64,000 nucleotides of DNA, taken from an uncultured Actinomycetota bacterium (GTDB lineage Bacteria > Actinomycetota > Actinomycetes > JAFAQI01). The stretch spans positions 704,001 to 768,000 of the forward strand of contig CAVYQE010000002.1 in NCBI GenBank assembly GCA_963770565.1, given 5' to 3'. A program made the position numbers and the translations under genes. Positions 38,673-48,746 of the stretch are shown here, piece by piece (the stretch's first letter is position 1; each line of letters starts with the position of its first letter). The notes under the pieces were generated by a model. It did not search any database. It saw only the letters and a list, made by a program, of their open reading frames with translations, and was not told where the DNA came from.

Positions 38673-40136
38673 TCACCTGGCCGTGAAGGCGAGCTCGGGG
38701 ACGAAGCGGGCGGCATCGACCGTGCCCACACCTGACGCGAGGTCGTAACCCCGGCCGGCGCTGAAGCCCGGCACCGTGTAGAGCGTCGAGTTCTGGGTGA
38801 AGGACACAGTGTTGTTGCCCGTGGTCACGTCGACCAGGCCCGACGCACGGTGCGCGGACAGCGCGTACAACGCCGGGTTGATCAGGCCGAGCGAGTGGTG
38901 GGCCACCTGGTCCGCCATCGCCACGATCCCCGCGAACATCGGCGTCGCCTCGCTGGTACCGCAGTACACATACCAGCCGGGACCGCCCGAGCCCGCGAAA
39001 CTCTGGTAGGCGTCGACCATCCCAGAGCACGCACCGCTCATCGAGATGTCCGGCACCCCGCGATGCCGCCCGGTCACCCGGGCAACGCCGTTCTGGTACC
39101 AGGGCCGCGGGAAGATCACTGACTTCCCTCCGCCGCCAGCGAGCGCGTTCGGGCCATCGTCGCCGAAGAAGACCTCGTTCAGCGAGGTGTTGTAGGTGTC
39201 GTTCCAGACCTGGTCCGGCGCGGTGCGGTTCCCGTTCGCGTCGAGCTGCAGTTGAGTGCCTCCGACGCCCGTGACGAGCGGGTCGCTCGGCGGCCAGGAC
39301 GTCACGGGATGGGTGAAGAAGTTTGTGGCCGACGGGTCCGTGTAGTCGGTGGACCCCGCATCACCGGACGCCGCTAGCACGGTCACGTGGTGGAAGAAGG
39401 CGTTGAAGTATGCGCCGCGGAGCGCCAGTAGAGACTGCGCGTTCGGGAAACTCTCCTCGGTCGCGCCGAAGCTCTGGCTGATGACATCGCCGAGGTGATG
39501 GTTGATCACGTAGTTCTCTGCCTGGACGATCTCCGGGAAGCCTGCGGTGCCCTCGGTCTCCGAGACCGGGGTCTCGACCAGCAGGATGTTCGCGCCGGGC
39601 GCGATCGCGTGCGACCACTCGACGTCCAAGGTGGTCTCGCCCGCCCAGTCGACGTCCCCGTTGGCGTCCGTCGGGTCGTACGGCGGAATCGGACCGGCCG
39701 GCGTAATGATCTTGAACGACGGCGGCGCGGGCAGGCCCAGCTCCGAATCGAAGGTGGCCAGGTCGGCCGTGATCGTGGGCGACCCGAACGAATCGACGAT
39801 CACGATGGTCTTGCCACGGCCGTTGATCCCATGGGCAAACAGCGGCTGCTCGTCGTACGCCGTTTGAATCTGGGCGGCGTCGTAACAGGGGACGGTGAAC
39901 GCAGCGACACAGTCGGCCGAGGTCGGCGGCTGCGCGACCGTGGCTCGGCGACTGATCAGCATCGGCCGGATGGCGATCTTGGCCACCCCGGCATGGGCGG
40001 AGCCGAGCCCGACGCTCCTGGCGCCGACCACCCCTGGCGCAGCACCGGATCCCGCGACCGCCATCACCCCGACGACCGAGAGCGCTCCGACGCCCACCAT
40101 CGCGACTCTGCTCCTGGTCCACGTCCAGGCCTTCAT
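38673..40136 (-). CDS. Secreted S53 (sedolisin/kumamolisin-like) peptidase
   Basis: ETTLDVEW (Glu/Asp), ASGDAG, RGVPDIS, GTSEATP (Ser), GYDLASGVGT. Confidence 0.9.
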   Translation of the reverse strand: MKAWTWTRSRVAMVGVGALSVVGVMAVAGSGAAPGVVGARSVGLGSAHAGVAKIAIRPMLISRRATVAQPPTSADCVAAFTVPCYDAAQIQTAYDEQPLFAHGINGRGKTIVIVDSFGSPTITADLATFDSELGLPAPPSFKIITPAGPIPPYDPTDANGDVDWAGETTLDVEWSHAIAPGANILLVETPVSETEGTAGFPEIVQAENYVINHHLGDVISQSFGATEESFPNAQSLLALRGAYFNAFFHHVTVLAASGDAGSTDYTDPSATNFFTHPVTSWPPSDPLVTGVGGTQLQLDANGNRTAPDQVWNDTYNTSLNEVFFGDDGPNALAGGGGKSVIFPRPWYQNGVARVTGRHRGVPDISMSGACSGMVDAYQSFAGSGGPGWYVYCGTSEATPMFAGIVAMADQVAHHSLGLINPALYALSAHRASGLVDVTTGNNTVSFTQNSTLYTVPGFSAGRGYDLASGVGTVDAARFVPELAFTAR

Positions 40137-40229
40137 CCGGTCTCCTCTCCACACCCCCGTGCAAACCTTCCTCACGGGTAGCGCAGTTGACAAGAGGTTC
40201 CAGGCAAGATGCCAGGTGCCGTGAGAGCG

Positions 40230-41090
40230 CTACTTGAGCAGGCGCGACAGCCGGCGATCCGCGAGCGGCTTGCCGCCGGTCTGGCAGGTCGGGCAGTAGT
40301 CGAGCGACGACGTGGCGAACGACACCTCACGAACGGTGTCGCCGCAGACCGGGCAGGGCTGCCCGGCCCGGCCGTGCACCCGCATACCGAGCTTCTTCTC
40401 CGCCTTCAGATCGGCGGCTTTGAGCCCGCTCGCGCGTTCGAGGGCGGTGCTCATCGTCTCGCGCAGCGCGTCGTACAAGACCGCTACCTCGCCCTCGTCG
40501 AGCGTCGAGGCGAGCCGGAACGGCGACATCTTGGCCACGTGGAGGATCTCGTCCGAGTAGGCGTTCCCGATCCCGGCGATGACCGACTGGTCGCGCAGAA
40601 CGCCCTTGAGTTGCGAGCGGTTGCCGGCCAGCAACGCGGCGAAGCGCTCCAGGGTGAAGTCCGAGGCCAGTGCGTCGGGGCCGAGCCGGGCGATGCCTTC
40701 GACATCGAGCGGATTGCGGACGACGTACACCGCAAGCCGCTTCTTCGTACCGGCCTCGGTGAGATCGAAGCCCGAGCCGTCGTCGAGGTGGACCCGCAGT
40801 GCGATCGGGCCCTTGCCCGGCTTCGGCGGAACGGGCGGCAAGGACTCCCGCCAATGCAGCCACCCGGCCCGCGACAGGTGCGCGATGAGGTGGAGCCCGT
40901 CGACGTCGAGGTCCAGAAACTTGCCGTGCCGTGCGGCGCCCGTGACCTGGAGCCCGGCGAGACCAGAGATTGGTGGGTCGAAGGTCTTCACGACGGCAAT
41001 CGACGCGACGTCGATCCGCGCCACGACGTGTCCCACCACGCGATCGGCCAAGAACTCGACCAGCGCCGCCACCTCGGGCATCTCAGGCAC
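40230..41090 (-). CDS. Fpg/Nei-family DNA glycosylase
   Basis: N-terminal PEMPEV, RHGKF, GIGNAYSDEILH, C-terminal CPVC...CPTCQ zinc finger. Confidence 0.93.
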   Translation of the reverse strand: MPEMPEVAALVEFLADRVVGHVVARIDVASIAVVKTFDPPISGLAGLQVTGAARHGKFLDLDVDGLHLIAHLSRAGWLHWRESLPPVPPKPGKGPIALRVHLDDGSGFDLTEAGTKKRLAVYVVRNPLDVEGIARLGPDALASDFTLERFAALLAGNRSQLKGVLRDQSVIAGIGNAYSDEILHVAKMSPFRLASTLDEGEVAVLYDALRETMSTALERASGLKAADLKAEKKLGMRVHGRAGQPCPVCGDTVREVSFATSSLDYCPTCQTGGKPLADRRLSRLLK

Positions 41091-41151
41091 GCGATCAAGT
41101 CTGCCCTGCTGCGGGCATAAGGTGGTCGCCGCTACCACAGAGACGGACGTC

Positions 41152-41952
41152 ATGTCGCAGGAGCAGTCGCCGGCGGCCGGGCCGGACGCCCGGGCCGGTG
41201 CGCACAACTATCGCGCCTGGGTCGGACCGGCCGGGCGCTTCGACACCATCTCGGCGCAGCAGTTCGGTCTGCTCACCCTCGGCGGGCTCCGCGAGCATCA
41301 CACCTTGCTCGACATCGGGTGCGGGTCGCTTCGGGCCGGCCGGCTGTTCATCACCTACCTGCTGCCCGGCAACTACTACGGCATCGAGCCGGAGAAATGG
41401 GTGCTCGAGGAGGGCATCCGGGAGATGCTCGGCGAGCAGTTCATCGCGCTGCGCCGGCCGACCTTCAGCGACGACGCCAACTTCACCTTGACCTGTTTCG
41501 ACCGGCCGTTCGACTACCTGCTCGCCCAGTCGATCTTCTCCCACACCAGCCTCGAGCAGGTTCGTCGTTGCTTCGCCCAAGCGCGCGAGGTCGTCACGCC
41601 GACGTCGAAGTTCTTCGCGACGTACGTTCCCGGTGACTCCGACTACGAGGGAAGCGAGTGGGTCTATCCGGGGATCGTGCACTTCCGTACGTCGACCATG
41701 CGCAGCATCGCGGCGGAGTACGGCTTCACCATGAAGGCGCTCGAGTGGCCACACCCGTCACAGCAATGGGCGCTGTTCCGCCCCGCCGAGGCCGGCGACA
41801 AGCCGCTGCCACCTGCGCTGCGCGCCAACCGGAAGCGGATCGCCGAGCTCGAGAAGAAGCTCGCCGCGCGCGACGCCGAGTTGGCCGCCGTACGAACGCC
41901 GCTCAGCGTGCGCATCGCCCGACGGTGCCTTCGGCCATTCGTGCGCCGTTAG
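41152..41952 (+). CDS. Class I SAM-dependent methyltransferase
   Basis: LLDIGCGSLRAG, YYGIEP, FDYLLAQSIFSH. Confidence 0.86.
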   Translation: MSQEQSPAAGPDARAGAHNYRAWVGPAGRFDTISAQQFGLLTLGGLREHHTLLDIGCGSLRAGRLFITYLLPGNYYGIEPEKWVLEEGIREMLGEQFIALRRPTFSDDANFTLTCFDRPFDYLLAQSIFSHTSLEQVRRCFAQAREVVTPTSKFFATYVPGDSDYEGSEWVYPGIVHFRTSTMRSIAAEYGFTMKALEWPHPSQQWALFRPAEAGDKPLPPALRANRKRIAELEKKLAARDAELAAVRTPLSVRIARRCLRPFVRR

Positions 41953-41984
41953 CAGTGCCCCACTCGTAACGGCTCACAAATCGG

Positions 41985-43226
41985 TCAGGGCAGGCCCATC
42001 GTGGCGGCATGGGTTCCGACCAGCGAGTACGGCGGCAACAGATCGACGCCGTCCGGGGTGTGGAGGTAGCCAGGGCCGGTGCCCGGGTGGCCACGATGTC
42101 CGTACTGCCAGACGATCTTGTTGGTCCGCGGATCGATCACCAGCACACGGTCGTCGTAGTCGTCGTTGAGCAAGATGTCGCCGTTGGGGAGCGGCATGGC
42201 CAGCGACGGATGGTTCAAGGCGGCACCCGGATTCAGCGGCCGATACCGCCACAGCGCTTTGCCCTGCCGGTTGAACTCGACGATCTTGCCCGGGTTCGTG
42301 TAGCCGACGGTCAGGAATCGATTGGGGCCGATCTGGTTGCTGTCGGACGGATAGACGATGCCGGGTGGATGGACGGACCACTGCACCGTGCCGTTGAGTG
42401 AGAGGGCATCCACCCAGTCGTTGTTGATCTCGGTGACCAAGTAGTCGCCGTTTGTCATCGGGAAGGCGCCGTTCGGGCTGCCGAAGTCGTGCGGCGGACG
42501 GTGCACGCAGACGCCGGTCTTGCCGTACGTGCGCGACGGGTGGTCGGTGCCGGGTGGCACCACTAGCACCCGGCAGTTGCGGATGTCCGCCGACAGCAGG
42601 TCACCGTTCGGCAGGAGCATCGCGTCGTCCGGGTTGTGGACGAAGCCGGCGGCCCGACCAGGTACGCCGGGATGTCCATAGCGCCGGATGATCCGGTGCG
42701 TGACGGTGTCGATCACAGAGATCACCGAGTAGTCCTCCTCGGTCGCGACGATGTCGCGCCCGTTCGGACTGAAGAAGGCGTCGTCGGGCACCTTGAACTG
42801 CTGGTGCGGCGCAAGGTCGCCAGGCCGCGGGAACTGCCATCTCACCCGGCCCTGTGGATCGATCACCAGCAATCGGTTGTTTGCGCGGTCTGCGACGAGG
42901 ATCGGTCCCGGAAGTACCGCCGGATTCGACCCAGGCGCCAAGTGGCCCGGCCCGTGGGGTGGCGGCAGCGCGGCCGGGAGGAATTGAGGCGAAACCGACG
43001 GCACCCGGTCGGGCGCAGTCGCGACCGAGTGCCCCGCCGGGCCGTGCGTCGAGGCAGCACCCGGGGCGGTGCCGGCGCGATCCGGCGGCGCAGCTGCGCT
43101 TCCGACGTGGGTGACGACAACCACCACCGTGGTGATGGTCAGTCCGGTAATCGTGGCGGTGCTCGCCAGTCGACGACGACGCTTGATCGCGGCCGGGCGA
43201 CGACTCGGCTTGGGTGGGCTAGCCAC
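41985..43226 (-). CDS. Membrane-anchored beta-propeller (PQQ-like/arylsulfotransferase-like); start approximate
   Basis: Basic N-terminus then TM; repeats such as ADRANNRLLVIDP.G...WQ, PDDA..LPNG, DDYDDRVLVIDP...IVWQYG. Confidence 0.78.
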   Translation of the reverse strand: MASPPKPSRRPAAIKRRRRLASTATITGLTITTVVVVVTHVGSAAAPPDRAGTAPGAASTHGPAGHSVATAPDRVPSVSPQFLPAALPPPHGPGHLAPGSNPAVLPGPILVADRANNRLLVIDPQGRVRWQFPRPGDLAPHQQFKVPDDAFFSPNGRDIVATEEDYSVISVIDTVTHRIIRRYGHPGVPGRAAGFVHNPDDAMLLPNGDLLSADIRNCRVLVVPPGTDHPSRTYGKTGVCVHRPPHDFGSPNGAFPMTNGDYLVTEINNDWVDALSLNGTVQWSVHPPGIVYPSDSNQIGPNRFLTVGYTNPGKIVEFNRQGKALWRYRPLNPGAALNHPSLAMPLPNGDILLNDDYDDRVLVIDPRTNKIVWQYGHRGHPGTGPGYLHTPDGVDLLPPYSLVGTHAATMGLP

Positions 43227-44229
43227 CCTGACCACCGGAATCTCGCACCGCGACGGTCTGGACGGTGGCGAGCGCGTGCTGAGTCTCGCCGCCAATGACG
43301 TATGCGGTGTTTCCGGCCACGATGCTCGCCGCATCCGCCACCGGAGCGGGGAGCTTCGCCACCACTCGAACCCTGGATCGGGACGGGTTGAGCTCATCGA
43401 CCTCGCCGAGCACCTGCCCTCGGGGACCTCGGCCCCCGACGACGAACACTCGGCCGTCGATAACGACCGCGACCGCTTCCGACCGTGCGGCGGGGAGCCG
43501 CCCGACCACTTTGGCGGTCCCGGTCGTCGGATCGATTCGCTGGATGACCCTGGTCGGACGGGTGCCGTGCTCGCCCCCGAACACCCAGATCGATGACCCG
43601 AGCGCGGCAACGGCGGCGTACCGGACCGTGACCGGCAGCGTCGCGATCTTGGTGAACGTCGTCCCGTCGGTCGTCCGCAGAACGTCGGCGAGCGGGGTGA
43701 TACCGGTGTATCCGCCGAGCAAATAGACCGCGCCACCGAGCGTCACCGCGGACAGGTCGGATCGCGGCTGCGGAAGGTGTCCGACCACCGCTCCACGGTG
43801 GCTGCCGGCCCTGGCAATCGCCTGGACCGAGCTGGTGCTGGCCGCCGAGCCGCCGCCGAAGATCATCACCCGGCCCGAGATCACCGCTCCCGCGGCGTCG
43901 TGAAATGCCTGGGGGACAGTGCCGATCCTGCTGATCCGGCCGGTCGAGAGGTCGAGCCGGGACACCGCGTTCGTTGATGTGTCCGCGGGCGTCAGGCCGC
44001 CGGCAAGGATGGCGCCTGCCCCGTCTGGCACCACGATCAGCCGGGACAGCGGCGACGGCAGCCGCCAGGGCGCCCGCGCCGTCTGTACGACGAGCCGGTG
44101 GCTTGCCTTCGGGCTCGGTGGAGGCGACGAGGATGGCGGTACCGATGGCTTCGCGCCCGCCGACGAGCAGGCCACCGCCGCAACGAGGCAGGTCAGAACG
44201 ACAACCGGCCCACCGCGGCGGTCAGCCAT
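43219..44229 (-). CDS. Kelch-repeat lipoprotein
   Basis: ATG at 44229, lipobox AVAC; repeated LP..R...A...G...GG kelch blades. Confidence 0.82.
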   Translation of the reverse strand: MADRRGGPVVVLTCLVAAVACSSAGAKPSVPPSSSPPPSPKASHRLVVQTARAPWRLPSPLSRLIVVPDGAGAILAGGLTPADTSTNAVSRLDLSTGRISRIGTVPQAFHDAAGAVISGRVMIFGGGSAASTSSVQAIARAGSHRGAVVGHLPQPRSDLSAVTLGGAVYLLGGYTGITPLADVLRTTDGTTFTKIATLPVTVRYAAVAALGSSIWVFGGEHGTRPTRVIQRIDPTTGTAKVVGRLPAARSEAVAVVIDGRVFVVGGRGPRGQVLGEVDELNPSRSRVRVVAKLPAPVADAASIVAGNTAYVIGGETQHALATVQTVAVRDSGGQGG

Positions 44230-45055
44230 CGGGCGTGAACCCGAAGTGGTGATGGTGGAAACGCTCGACCACGTGATTGGTCCAGCCGCCCGAGAAGTGC
44301 AGGACGAGCACACTCGTCAGTACGCCGAGCGCGAGCGTGACCGCGAGGGCAACGCCCCGCGCCGACGCTCCTGGCACATGTGCACCGTCCGACCCTTTGG
44401 CCAGCGCGACCTTGACGGCGGGGACCGTGCGGGCAAGGACGTGCAGCCCCATCACGACCAGCCACGCCGCGAACGACGCCTGGTGAATGGTCAACGCGTT
44501 GATCTGGAAGCCGGCGATCGAGACGATCGTCGTGAAGGTCGACTTGCCGAGGGCGATCAGCGCCAGACCACTGCCGAGGACGGCCAACCCGGTGAGGATG
44601 ACCAGCGGACCGAGCAACCGCAACGCGGTCGGGGGCGGCCCGGCCTGCCGGTAGTCGGAGGTGCCGAGGTAGTAACGCGCGATCCGCCAGCCGGTCGTGG
44701 CCGTCTTCAGGATGACCAGCGGGATCAGGAAGGCCCCGAGCAGGATGTGCGCGGTGATGAAGTGACCCACCGAGACCAACGTGAACGTCTCGGCCAAGAA
44801 CAGCGCGAGGAGGAGCAGGCCGGTCCAGGCGGTCAGGCGGGCATTGCCGGCCGGGCCACCGGTGGTCGCGAGGATCGGATCGTCGCGATGCGCGTTGCCG
44901 GCTGCCGTCGCGAGCAGCTCATTGAGGCTCGCAACCGCGCCACCATGGGCGGGCTGGCCGCCGGTCGACTCAGCCAACTCGGTTCGCTTCGTCCGCTTGG
45001 CGGGACGGGATCGCGCGCAGTGGCTCTTCCCTTTCCGCGATCCGTCGACGGGCAT
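44222..45055 (-). CDS. Conserved multi-TM protein with His residues in helices (cytochrome b-like?); start uncertain
   Basis: GGPAGNARLTAWTG, HILLG, RYY..YR.AGPP, HQASF, HVL, C-terminal HHHH. Confidence 0.7.
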   Translation of the reverse strand: MPVDGSRKGKSHCARSRPAKRTKRTELAESTGGQPAHGGAVASLNELLATAAGNAHRDDPILATTGGPAGNARLTAWTGLLLLALFLAETFTLVSVGHFITAHILLGAFLIPLVILKTATTGWRIARYYLGTSDYRQAGPPPTALRLLGPLVILTGLAVLGSGLALIALGKSTFTTIVSIAGFQINALTIHQASFAAWLVVMGLHVLARTVPAVKVALAKGSDGAHVPGASARGVALAVTLALGVLTSVLVLHFSGGWTNHVVERFHHHHFGFTPDG

Positions 45056-45230
45056 CGGGCTACCCCGGCGACCGCCCTGATCACGGCCGCTTCCTCATCA
45101 GTGTCTGGGGACAACTTCTGAATCTGCGCTGAACGGAAGGGGCCCGCGAACTTATTGCGACCAGGACCGCCCCGCGACCTGTGGAGTTATCCACGGCGTT
45201 CGGGGGACAGCTTCTTGTCGTCGTTCCACC

Positions 45231-45818
45231 TCAAAGCATGGCCGAGATATAGAAACCTTGTGGCTCGCCGGAACCTCCGCTCGACCAAGTCTGGACGAGC
45301 ACGCTGTTCTTGTCAGACGTGAGGCAGGCGACTTCGCCGAGAGCAGCCTTGCGGCCGCACACTGCGACGGAGACAAGGCCCAGCGACTGACCCGCCTCGG
45401 CAACGTCATTGTGAAGGGTCGCCTCGATTGCCGCGTCGGCGACGCTCACCGGAAACGCCAACTGGTACTCACCGGTCGCCGCCTCAACCACCCGAATCCC
45501 GCCGGACTGGCTCACGATGGAGCCGCTCAGGTCCACCTGCGCCCACATCACCCGACCCTGAAACTGGCCTGGTGACTTACCACCGAAGTGCGTGGCGTTC
45601 GTTGCCCTTGGCACCGCGCCGAGGGTCGATTCCTTCACCTGTTTGCCGGTCACGGCGTTGAGCTTGAGGCGATTACCCGGGATCGAGTGGACGGCGATGG
45701 ACTTGCCGTTGATCAACGTCCTTGCTTCATGCGCGGCGGCAGGAATTGCCAGTCCGACGACGAGGCCGCCCGCTGCGACAAGCAGCAGCGCCGGTGCGGC
45801 CAGGCGATTGGTGCTCAT
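45231..45818 (-). CDS. Hypothetical secreted protein
   Basis: GGAGG RBS, signal peptide ending AAA, collagen-adjacent-type INGKSI...VTGKQVKESTL segment. Confidence 0.7.
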   Translation of the reverse strand: MSTNRLAAPALLLVAAGGLVVGLAIPAAAHEARTLINGKSIAVHSIPGNRLKLNAVTGKQVKESTLGAVPRATNATHFGGKSPGQFQGRVMWAQVDLSGSIVSQSGGIRVVEAATGEYQLAFPVSVADAAIEATLHNDVAEAGQSLGLVSVAVCGRKAALGEVACLTSDKNSVLVQTWSSGGSGEPQGFYISAML

Positions 45819-46141
45819 GAGACCTCCCGGGATCCCCCGGATGCGTTGACCGTACCGCCAGAACGCATCGGGAAACCCATGGTCGATGACAGCTTGTTTT
45901 CGTGCGGCGCGATAAGCCCTGCGTGTACGAACCGTCTGTACCAGCGCGGGCCTTGCGCACTACGATGCCCGCCGTTCAGCCTGACATGAATGCGGAGGAG
46001 GGCGGTACGTCGATCCAGGTCTCGAAGGTCGGACATCACGTGCGTCGAGTCCGCGATCTTGCAGGGCCCAAGTCGTAGCCGTCCCGCCAGCCGAGCACCC
46101 CGTCTGGAGGTTCAGATGCCTGATACCGAGGGCAACCGGCG

Positions 46142-46906
46142 ATGCGGCTGATCGGCCTCGTGCGCTACCCGGTCAAATCGCTGCAGGGCGAGGTCCTGTC
46201 CAGCGCGGAGATCGAGACCGACGGGCTACGCGGCGACCGGGGCTGGGGAATCCGCGACGAGACCACCGGAAAGATCCTCACCGCGCGCCGGGCGCCGCAA
46301 CTGCTATTTGCGGCGGCGACCCTTGCCGCCGACGGCGCGCCGGTGATCACCCTGCCGACCGGCGAAATGTGGCAAGGGCCTGGTGTCGAGACCGACGCGG
46401 CGCTGTCGGAGTGGCTCGGAAAGCCGGTCCGCCTCGTCAACTCGGTGGGCGCTTCGGCCGCGCAGGCCGAGTACTTTGCGGACGCGACCGACGACGCAAG
46501 CCAGGCCGTCGAATGGACGATGCCCGCAGGCCGCTTCGTCGACGCGCAGTCACTGCTCGTCCTGACCACGGCAAGCCTGCGCACCGCGACCGCCCTCTAC
46601 CCGGACGGCGACTGGCAGGTCCGCCGGTTCCGTCCGAACCTCCTGGTGGGCGTCGCGAGCGACGGGTGGCTCGAGGACACGTGGTGCGGCCGCTCCACCC
46701 TCCGGATCGGCGCTGTGGAGTTGTACGCCGAACAGCCGTGCATGCGCTGCACGATGGTCACCCGACCTCAGCCGGACCTCAACGAAGACCGGGAGATCTT
46801 CCGTACGCTCGCCCGCCACCACGGCGGGCAGTTGGGCGCCTGGACGGCGGTCGGCAGGGGCGGGACGGTCCGCGTCGGCGACGAGGTCCACGTTGTGCCG
46901 GGATAG
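46142..46906 (+). CDS. MOSC-domain protein
   Basis: RYPVKSLQGE, GDR, RRFRPN, PCMRCTMVT. Confidence 0.92.
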   Translation: MRLIGLVRYPVKSLQGEVLSSAEIETDGLRGDRGWGIRDETTGKILTARRAPQLLFAAATLAADGAPVITLPTGEMWQGPGVETDAALSEWLGKPVRLVNSVGASAAQAEYFADATDDASQAVEWTMPAGRFVDAQSLLVLTTASLRTATALYPDGDWQVRRFRPNLLVGVASDGWLEDTWCGRSTLRIGAVELYAEQPCMRCTMVTRPQPDLNEDREIFRTLARHHGGQLGAWTAVGRGGTVRVGDEVHVVPG

Positions 46907-47026
46907 TTCCGTGAGATCAACTGTCTGGGCGACCGCGACCGTCAAGCTGTACAGTCCCAAGCCCAGGGTCCGGTGTTGCGCCGCATCTGGTTGCAGCGTC
47001 CGCGGTCCGGCAGGGACGATACGAGC

Positions 47027-48580
47027 GTGAGCGATCCGCCGCGGATCCGGCTGGCCGAACTGGTGGCCGCGCTTTCTCTCGGAGTGGACCTTGGCTTCGG
47101 CCAGCCGATGGAGCACGTCCTGCGACAGTGCCTGATCGCGTTGCGGCTCGCCGAGTTGATCGGACTCGGCGAGGACCAGCGGTCGGTCGTTTACTACTCG
47201 GCCTTGCTGGTCAACGTGGGCTGCCACTCCGACGCGCACGAGCAGGCCAAGTGGTTCGGCGACGACATCGCGCTCAAGGCCGGAAAGTACGACCACGAGC
47301 TCGGCTCGGTGAGCGGTGCCCTGGCGATGTTGCGAATGCTCGGCGGTGGCAACCCGCCGCTGCATCGCTTCCGGGTCGGGATGGAGTTCGTGCTGTCGGG
47401 GCATCGCGAACTCGACGGCATGATCACCGCTCACGCCGCGCTGGCGAAGCAGCTCGCCGTCGAACTCGGCTTGCCTGAATCGGTGCAGCGAGCAGTCGCT
47501 GGGTCGTATGAGCAGTGGAACGGCAAGGGCTGGCCGGGTGAGCTGAGCGGCGACGCGATTCCCATCGCCTCGCGGGTCAGCCAGCTCGCCGAGTTCGTCG
47601 AGGTGGCGCACCGGGTGGGCGGCGTCGGCGCTGCCACCGAGCTAGCGACCAAGCGGGCCGGCACCCAGTTCGATCCCGAGCTTTCGCGCACCTTCGGTGA
47701 GCACGCCGAAGGCATCCTGGCCGACCTCGATGCCCACACCTGGGACACCGTGATCGGCGCCGAACCAGCGCTACTGGTCTGCCTCGACGCCGAGCAGTTC
47801 GAGACCGCTCTCGGCGCCATCGCAGACTTCGTCGACTTGAAGTCGCCGTACACACTTGGGCACGCCCGAGCCGTGGCCGCCCTTGCTGGTGAAGCAGCGA
47901 CGATCGCTGGCTTCAACTCGGACACTCGTGCGCTCGTCCGTCGCGCCGGCCTGGTGTGTGGTCTTGGCCGACTCGGGGTGTCGAACGCGATCTGGGACAA
48001 GCCTGGACAACTCGGCGCAGGCGAATGGGAGCGGGTCCGCATGCATCCGTACATCACGGAGCGGATGCTGCATCAGTCTGCGGCCCTCGCACCACTCGCC
48101 GAGGTCGCGGTCCAGTATCACGAGCGACTCGACGGCTCGGGCTACCCGCGTGGGCTGTCCGGTGGCGCCATCAGCCGACCGGCGCGGCTGCTCGCCGCCG
48201 CCGATGCCTATCAAGCGATGCGCGAACCTCGACCACACCGTCCCGCCATTTCAGGAGACGTTGCCGCCGCCGAGTTGCGGGCCGAGGTCAGGGCGGGCCG
48301 GATGGACAGTGATCTGGTCGAGTCGGTCCTTGCAGCCGCCGGTCATCGGGTACCGCGCCGCCGCGAGGGACCGGCCGGGCTCACTGCCCGCGAGCTCGAC
48401 GTCCTTCGGCTGTTGTCCCGCGGCTCGACCAGCAAGGAGATCGCGGCGCAGCTCGTCCTCGCGCCGAAGACGGTGCGCAATCACATCGAGCACATCTACG
48501 TGAAGATCGGCGCGACCAGTCGAGCGGCGGCCAGCTTGTTCGCGGTCCAGCACGGGTTGCTCGATTCAGAGTCAGCCTGA
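47027..48580 (+). CDS. Tandem HD-GYP domains plus LuxR HTH regulator
   Basis: YEQWNGKGWP, HERLDGSGYP, AADAYQAM, LTARELDVL...KEIA..L.LAPKTVRNH. Confidence 0.9.
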   Translation: MSDPPRIRLAELVAALSLGVDLGFGQPMEHVLRQCLIALRLAELIGLGEDQRSVVYYSALLVNVGCHSDAHEQAKWFGDDIALKAGKYDHELGSVSGALAMLRMLGGGNPPLHRFRVGMEFVLSGHRELDGMITAHAALAKQLAVELGLPESVQRAVAGSYEQWNGKGWPGELSGDAIPIASRVSQLAEFVEVAHRVGGVGAATELATKRAGTQFDPELSRTFGEHAEGILADLDAHTWDTVIGAEPALLVCLDAEQFETALGAIADFVDLKSPYTLGHARAVAALAGEAATIAGFNSDTRALVRRAGLVCGLGRLGVSNAIWDKPGQLGAGEWERVRMHPYITERMLHQSAALAPLAEVAVQYHERLDGSGYPRGLSGGAISRPARLLAAADAYQAMREPRPHRPAISGDVAAAELRAEVRAGRMDSDLVESVLAAAGHRVPRRREGPAGLTARELDVLRLLSRGSTSKEIAAQLVLAPKTVRNHIEHIYVKIGATSRAAASLFAVQHGLLDSESA

Positions 48581-48665
48581 CCGATTCCGGTCGCCTCATT
48601 CGGGGGCCGATTCCTGCCGTCGGCACCCAAGTGATCGCGGCAGACCCGCGAGAAAGCCGGTAAAG

Positions 48666-48682
48666 ATGGGGCAATCGCCCCA
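48666..48682. promoter_or_regulatory. Candidate operator aTGGGGC-N4-GCCCCA
   Basis: Palindrome between the regulator stop and the RBS of the downstream methyltransferase. Confidence 0.5.
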
Positions 48683-48746
48683 GGACACGGCTCCTCGACC
48701 GTCCGTAACGTCCCGGCAACAACCGACGAAACGGAGGGTACAGACC

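Noticed and set aside
45840-46140. Possible small gene or ncRNA in the 300-bp gap
   Set aside because: No ORF with convincing RBS, codon bias or motif, and no recognizable RNA consensus.
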